Below are positions 49,400-54,264 of a stretch of 54,264 bases of DNA, one piece after another (within the stretch, counting starts at the first letter, position 1; each line of letters begins with the position of its first letter). The stretch is from positions 1,269,382 to 1,323,645 of the forward strand of contig NC_057719.1 in NCBI RefSeq assembly GCF_004010195.1, written 5' to 3'. The position numbers and the translations under genes were made by a program. The notes under the pieces were generated by a model. It ran no database searches. It was not told the DNA's origin and saw only the letters and a program-made list of their open reading frames with translations. The DNA is from Chiloscyllium plagiosum. Its lineage: Eukaryota.

Positions 49400-49720
49400 A
49401 AGACATCCAAAGGCATTTCAGCAGCCAGGGATGTACTTTTACATTGTAATCATTATTGTTGGAAACACAGCAGCCAATTTTCACACCAGCAAACTCCCAC
49501 AAACAGCAATGTGATAACAATCAGGTAATCATCTTGATAGTTGAATCATGGGTGAATATTGACTGAGACTTGGAACAACTCCCCTGTCTCCATGCATCTT
49601 ATAAAGCAGATGTGTACATGATTTAGTGTTTCTTTCAAAATAGTGTCTCCAACAGCATAGCAGTCCCTCAGCACTGTACTGGAGTGTTACCCTGGAATGG
49701 AGCTTGAACTCATTCCCTCC
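49400..49720 (-). mobile_element. Old Deu-domain SINE (SacSINE1/AmnSINE-like)
   Basis: GGAAACACAGCAGCCAATTT...CAGCAAACTCCCACAAACAGCAATGTGATAA...AACTCCCCTG...CCCTCAGCACTG recalls the DeuSINE consensus (from memory). Confidence 0.6.
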
Positions 49721-50042
49721 TGCCTAAGTGGGTGCTGTCCTGTTGGAGACACAGTCCTTCACATAAAACATGTAACAATGGCCACATCCAGTTTTTCAGT
49801 TGGGTGGAAAAGATGACACTGCCACTCGCTGAAGAAGGCAGAGTCAGTAACAATGTTTTCAAAATCAGGGAAAAAGCAGGGATTGTGATGGGAAGGGGAA
49901 GAGAGAAACTGAATTCTGATTCTTGAAGAAATGGTGACCTTTCTCAGTTTCTCAGATAGAATGACTGTGTTTTTTTCCAGAGTTTTCATTTATAATTTTC
50001 TCTGAAGAGGTAAAGTGAATTCTCTCTCCTTTGCTGTTCCAG

Positions 50043-50141
50043 GGCTCATCATTTGAATAAATTCCTCACAATTTTACTCAATTACTTCTCTGCGTTTCTT
50101 TCTAAGTATGAGTTGGAGTCCAAGACCAGCAATTTTATGAC
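50043..50141 (+). CDS. PPP1R36: Internal coding exon of a PPP1R36-like gene (AHHLNKFLTILLNYFSAFLSKYELESKTSNFM)
   Basis: Acceptor TCTCTCTCCTTTGCTGTTCCAG, donor AC/GTAAGT; 99 bp; aligns without gaps to recalled human [32 protein letters not shown]. Confidence 0.8.
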
Positions 50142-50659
50142 GTAAGTGTGGGGAGTGTCTCAGTTAGGATGTTGGACTTCATATCCCATTGACAGTCTGA
50201 AACCAAGGGAGATTTGATAGCAGCATTACAAACTACAAAGGGTTTTAACTGAGTAAATAAGGAGAAACTGTATCCAGTGGGAGGAAGGTCAGTAACCAGG
50301 AGAGACACAGATTCTAGCCAATTAACAAAAGAACCAGAAGGAGAAATGAGGAGAAAATCATTTCCACAGTGAGTTGCTGTGAGCCAGAATGTGCTGCCTG
50401 AAAGGTCAGTGGAAGCAGATTAACCCATTATACCCACCTCCGCCACTTCCTCTGGCAGCTCATTCCATGCACACACGACCCTCTGTGTGAAAATGTGAAA
50501 CCTTAGGTTCTTTTTAAATTTATCCCCTCTCACCCTAAACCTATGGCCTCTAGTTCTGGGTGTAAGAAGTTAGATTTAGAAGTGCACAGGGAGGCTGGAA
50601 GAAGGTACAGAGAATAGACAGATCAAAGCCAAGGAGTGATTTGAGCATGAGAGTTTTCA

Positions 50660-52500
50660 ACTTATAGAGTCATAAAGTCAAACAGCTTCGGTCCAACTCG
50701 TCAATGCTGACCATGTTTCCAAACTAAACTAGTCCCACTTACCTGTGCTTGGCCCATATCCCACCAAACGTTTCCTATTCATGTACTTACCTAAATGTTT
50801 TTAAATGTTGTAACTATACCCGCATCCACCACTTCCTCTGCCAGGTCATTCCACACAAGAACCACTCTTTGTCAAAAATGTTGCCCCTCATGTCCTTTGT
50901 AAAATTTTCTTCTCTCACTTTAAAAATATGCCCCCTAGTTTTGAATTCCCCCACCCTATTCACCTTAGAATTTTATAAACCTCTATCCCCTCAGCCTCCT
51001 ACGCTCCAGTGAGAAAAGTCGCAGCCTATTTTTAGAATTCAAACCCTCCATTCCCGGCAACATGCTGGTAAATCTCTTTTGAACCCCTCCAGCTTAGTGA
51101 TAGTCTTTCTATAACAGGGCAACCAGAACTGCATACAGTACTCCAGAAGAGACCACATCAATGTCCTATACAACCTTAACATAATGTTCCAACCCCTATA
51201 CTCAAAAGTCTGAGCAATGGAGGCCAGCATGCTAAACCGCCCTGCCTACATGTGACACAAGTTTTAAAGCATTATGTACCTAAACCCCTAGGTCTCTCTG
51301 TTCTACAGCACAGCCCAGGGCCCTGTCATGAATTGTAAAAGTCCTGCTCTTGTTTGTTTTACCAAAATGCAATACCTCGCATTTATCCAAATTAAACTCG
51401 ATCTGCCATTCCTCAGCTCATTGACCCAATTGAACAAGATCCATTTGTAATCCTAGATAACCTTCTTCACTGTCCACTATCCCACCAATCTTGGTGTTAT
51501 CTACAAATTTACTAACCATGCCTCCTATATTCTCATCTAAATCATCTATATAAATGACAAATAAAAGTGGACCCAGTACCCATCCCTGTGGAATACCGCT
51601 GGTCACAGGCCTCCATTGGAGAAACAACCTTCTACCATCATTTTCTGTCTCCTACCATAACGCCAATTTTGTATCCAACTGGCAAGCTCACCCTGAATCC
51701 CATGTGACCCAACTTTCCTAATTAGTCTATCGTGTGGAACCTTGTCAAGGGCTTTACTAAAATTCATGTCAACAAAATCTACTGCTCTGCCCTCATCAAC
51801 CTTTTTGGTTACTTGCTCAAAAACTCAACCATGTTTATGAGACACAATTTCGTTCACACAAAATCATACTGACTATCCATAATCAGTCCTTGCCTCTCCA
51901 AATGCATATAAATCCTGCCTTTCAGAATTACCTCCAACAACTTACTCACCAACAATGTCAGACTCACAGGCTTCCTCTTATAGCCTTTCTTACACAAAGG
52001 CATAACATTAGCCTCCCTCTAGTCCTCCAGCACCTCACCCCGGTTATAAATGATACAAATACTAATGCTTGGGGCCCCGCAATTTTCTCCCTCTTGTCCC
52101 ACTATTGCCTGGGATACACTTGATCAAGTCCTGGAGATTTATCCACCTTTATATTTTCTAAGACCTCCCAGGACTTCCTCTTCTGTAATGTGAACTGTTT
52201 TCAAAACATCAGTATTTATTTCCCCGAATTCTCTAGCCTCCAATTCTTTCTCCACAGTAAAAACTGACAGGAAATATTCACTTAGTATCTTTCCTATCAC
52301 CTGAAGTTCAACACAAAGATGACCTTGTTGATCTTTAAGGGGCCCTATTCTCTTCCTAGTTGCTCTTTTGCTCTCAGTGTACTTGTAGAATCTCTTCAGA
52401 TTATCCTTTGCCTTATCTGCCAAAGCTTTCTCATATCACCTTTTGGCCTTGCTGATCACCTTCTTAAGAATGCCCCTACACTCTTTATACTCCTCAAGAG
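50660..52500 (-). mobile_element. CR1 copy (RT to 3' tail)
   Basis: [46 protein letters not shown]. Confidence 0.92.
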
Positions 52501-53370
52501 AATGTCGGAGAATGCAGCAGAGTATAAATAGATTGGAGAGTTGGGCAGAGAAGTGGCAGATGGAGTTCAATCCGGGCAAATGTGAGATGATGCTTTTTGG
52601 AAGATCCAATTTAAGAGCGAACTATACAGTAAATGGAAAAGCCCTGGGGAAAATTGATGTGCAGAGAGATCTCGGTGTTCAAGTCCATTGTCTCCTGAAG
52701 GTGGCAACGCAGATCAACAGAGTAGTCAAGAAGGCATACGGCATGTTTTCCTTCATTGGATGGGGTATTGTGTTCAAGAGTTGTCAGGTCATGTTACAGT
52801 TGTACAGGACTTTGCTTTGGCTACATTTGGAATACTGTGTACAGTTCTGGTCACCACATTACCAAAACGACGTGGATGCTTTGGAGAGGGTGCAGAGGAG
52901 GTTCACCAGGATGTTGCCTGGTATGGAGAGCGCTAGCTATGAGGAGAGGTTGAGTAGATTAGGATTATTTTCATCAGAAAGACGGAAGTTGAGGTGGGAC
53001 CTGATTGAGGTCTACAGAAAAATGAGAGGTATAGACAGGGTGGATAGCAAGAAGCTTTTTCCCAGACCGGGGGACTCAATGTTGTGGGGTCACGAGTTCA
53101 AGGTGAGAGGTGAAAAGTTTAAGGGAGATATGCGTGGAAAGTTCTTTACGCAGAGGGTGGTGGGAGCCTGGAATGCATTGCCAGCGGAGGTGGTAGAGGC
53201 TGGCATGATAGCGTCATTTAAGATGTATCTAGACAGATACATGAATGGACAGGGAGCAGAGGGATACAGATTCTTGGAAAATACATGACAGGTTTAGATA
53301 GAGGATCTGGACCAGTGCAGGACTGGAGGGCCAAAGGGCCTGTTCCTGTGCTGTAATGTTCTTTGTTCTT
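52500..53370 (+). mobile_element. CR1 3' portion with a long open frame
   Basis: WAEKWQMEFNPGKCE...FFTQRVVGAWNALPAEVVEAG; (TGTTCTT) tail. Confidence 0.93.
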
Positions 53371-53520
53371 TATATAACCTGGTGTTGTGTGACTCCTAAC
53401 TTCATCCACCCCAGTCCAACACTGGCATTGCCACATCATGGCAAACCTGGCACTCACACCCCTCTTCCCTTTGTCGGACATGACAACACCCTCTCTCTGC
53501 CAGATTGGACATTCCCATTG

Positions 53521-53714
53521 GGGTAAAAACAATGACTGCAGATGCTGGAAACCAGATTCTGGATTAATGGTGTTGGAAGAGCACAGCAGTTCAGGCAGCA
53601 TCCGAGGACAGGCAAAGTCCGAGGACAGGCAAAATCGACGTTTCGGGCAAAAGCCCTTCATCAGGAATAAAGGCAGAGAGCCTGAAGCGTGGAGAGATAA
53701 GCTAGAGGAGGGGT
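53521..53714 (-). mobile_element. PLE terminal repeat
   Basis: Near-identical to 43552-43725; internal 17-18-bp duplication of TCCGAGGACAGGCAAA. Confidence 0.85.
53633..53668 (-). ncRNA. Canonical minimal hammerhead ribozyme motif
   Basis: Minus strand ATTC-CTGATGA-A-GGGC TTTT GCCC-GAAA-C-GTC-GATT has all core nucleotides intact. Confidence 0.8.
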
Positions 53715-54264
53715 TGCTGAACAAAGAGACCTTGGAATGCAGGTTCATAGTTCCATGAAAGTAGAGTTGCAGGTAGATAGGATAGTGAAGGCAGTGCTTC
53801 GTATGCTTTCCTTAATTGGTCAAACCATTGATTATAGGAGTTGAGAGGTCATGTTGCAGCTGTACAGGACATTGGTTAGACCGCTTTTGGAATATTGTGC
53901 GCAATTCTGGTCTCCTTCCTATCGGAAGGATGTTGTGAAACTTGAAAGGGTTCAGAAAAGATTTACAAGGATGTTGCCAGGGATGGAGAATTTGAGCTTT
54001 AGGGAGATGCTGAATAGGCTGGGGCTGTTTTTCCTTGAGCATCAGAGGCGGAGGGGTGACCTTATAGAGGTTTATAAAATCATGAGAGGCATGGATAGGA
54101 TAAATAGACAAAGTCTTTTCCCTGGTGTGGGGGAGTCCAGAACTAGAGCGCATAGGTTTAGGGTGAGACAGGAAAGATTTTAAAGGGAATTAAGGGGCAA
54201 CTTTTTCCACATAGAGGGTGGTGCGTGTGTGGAATGAGCTGGCAGAGGAAGTGGTAGAGGCTGG
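53715..54264 (+). mobile_element. CR1 3' portion, truncated by the window end
   Basis: MLQLYRTLVRPLLEYCAQFWSPSYRKDVVKLERVQKRFTRM. Confidence 0.93.

Overview
Vertebrate nuclear DNA, very probably an elasmobranch (shark or ray), judged from abundant HE1-type tRNA-derived SINEs and HER1/CR1 LINEs. Most of the window is nested transposon debris: many CR1 copies, a second CR1/L2-group LINE family, Rex1/Babar fragments, a decayed Ty3/Gypsy element and a clean TG...CA solo LTR with a 5-bp TSD. About a dozen Penelope-like (PLE) terminal-repeat insertions are present, and several carry minimal hammerhead-ribozyme cores. There are several minisatellites, plus a ~6-kb, essentially perfect 42-bp tandem array built as a 3x14-bp higher-order repeat. 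Three phase-compatible + strand exons (41704-41843, 48399-48468, 50043-50141), not resolved by the ORF track, splice into a peptide resembling PPP1R36. Two assembly gaps are present. All family and gene assignments come from recalled motifs, not database searches. The long ORFs over the tandem arrays are most likely by-products of repeat periodicity.
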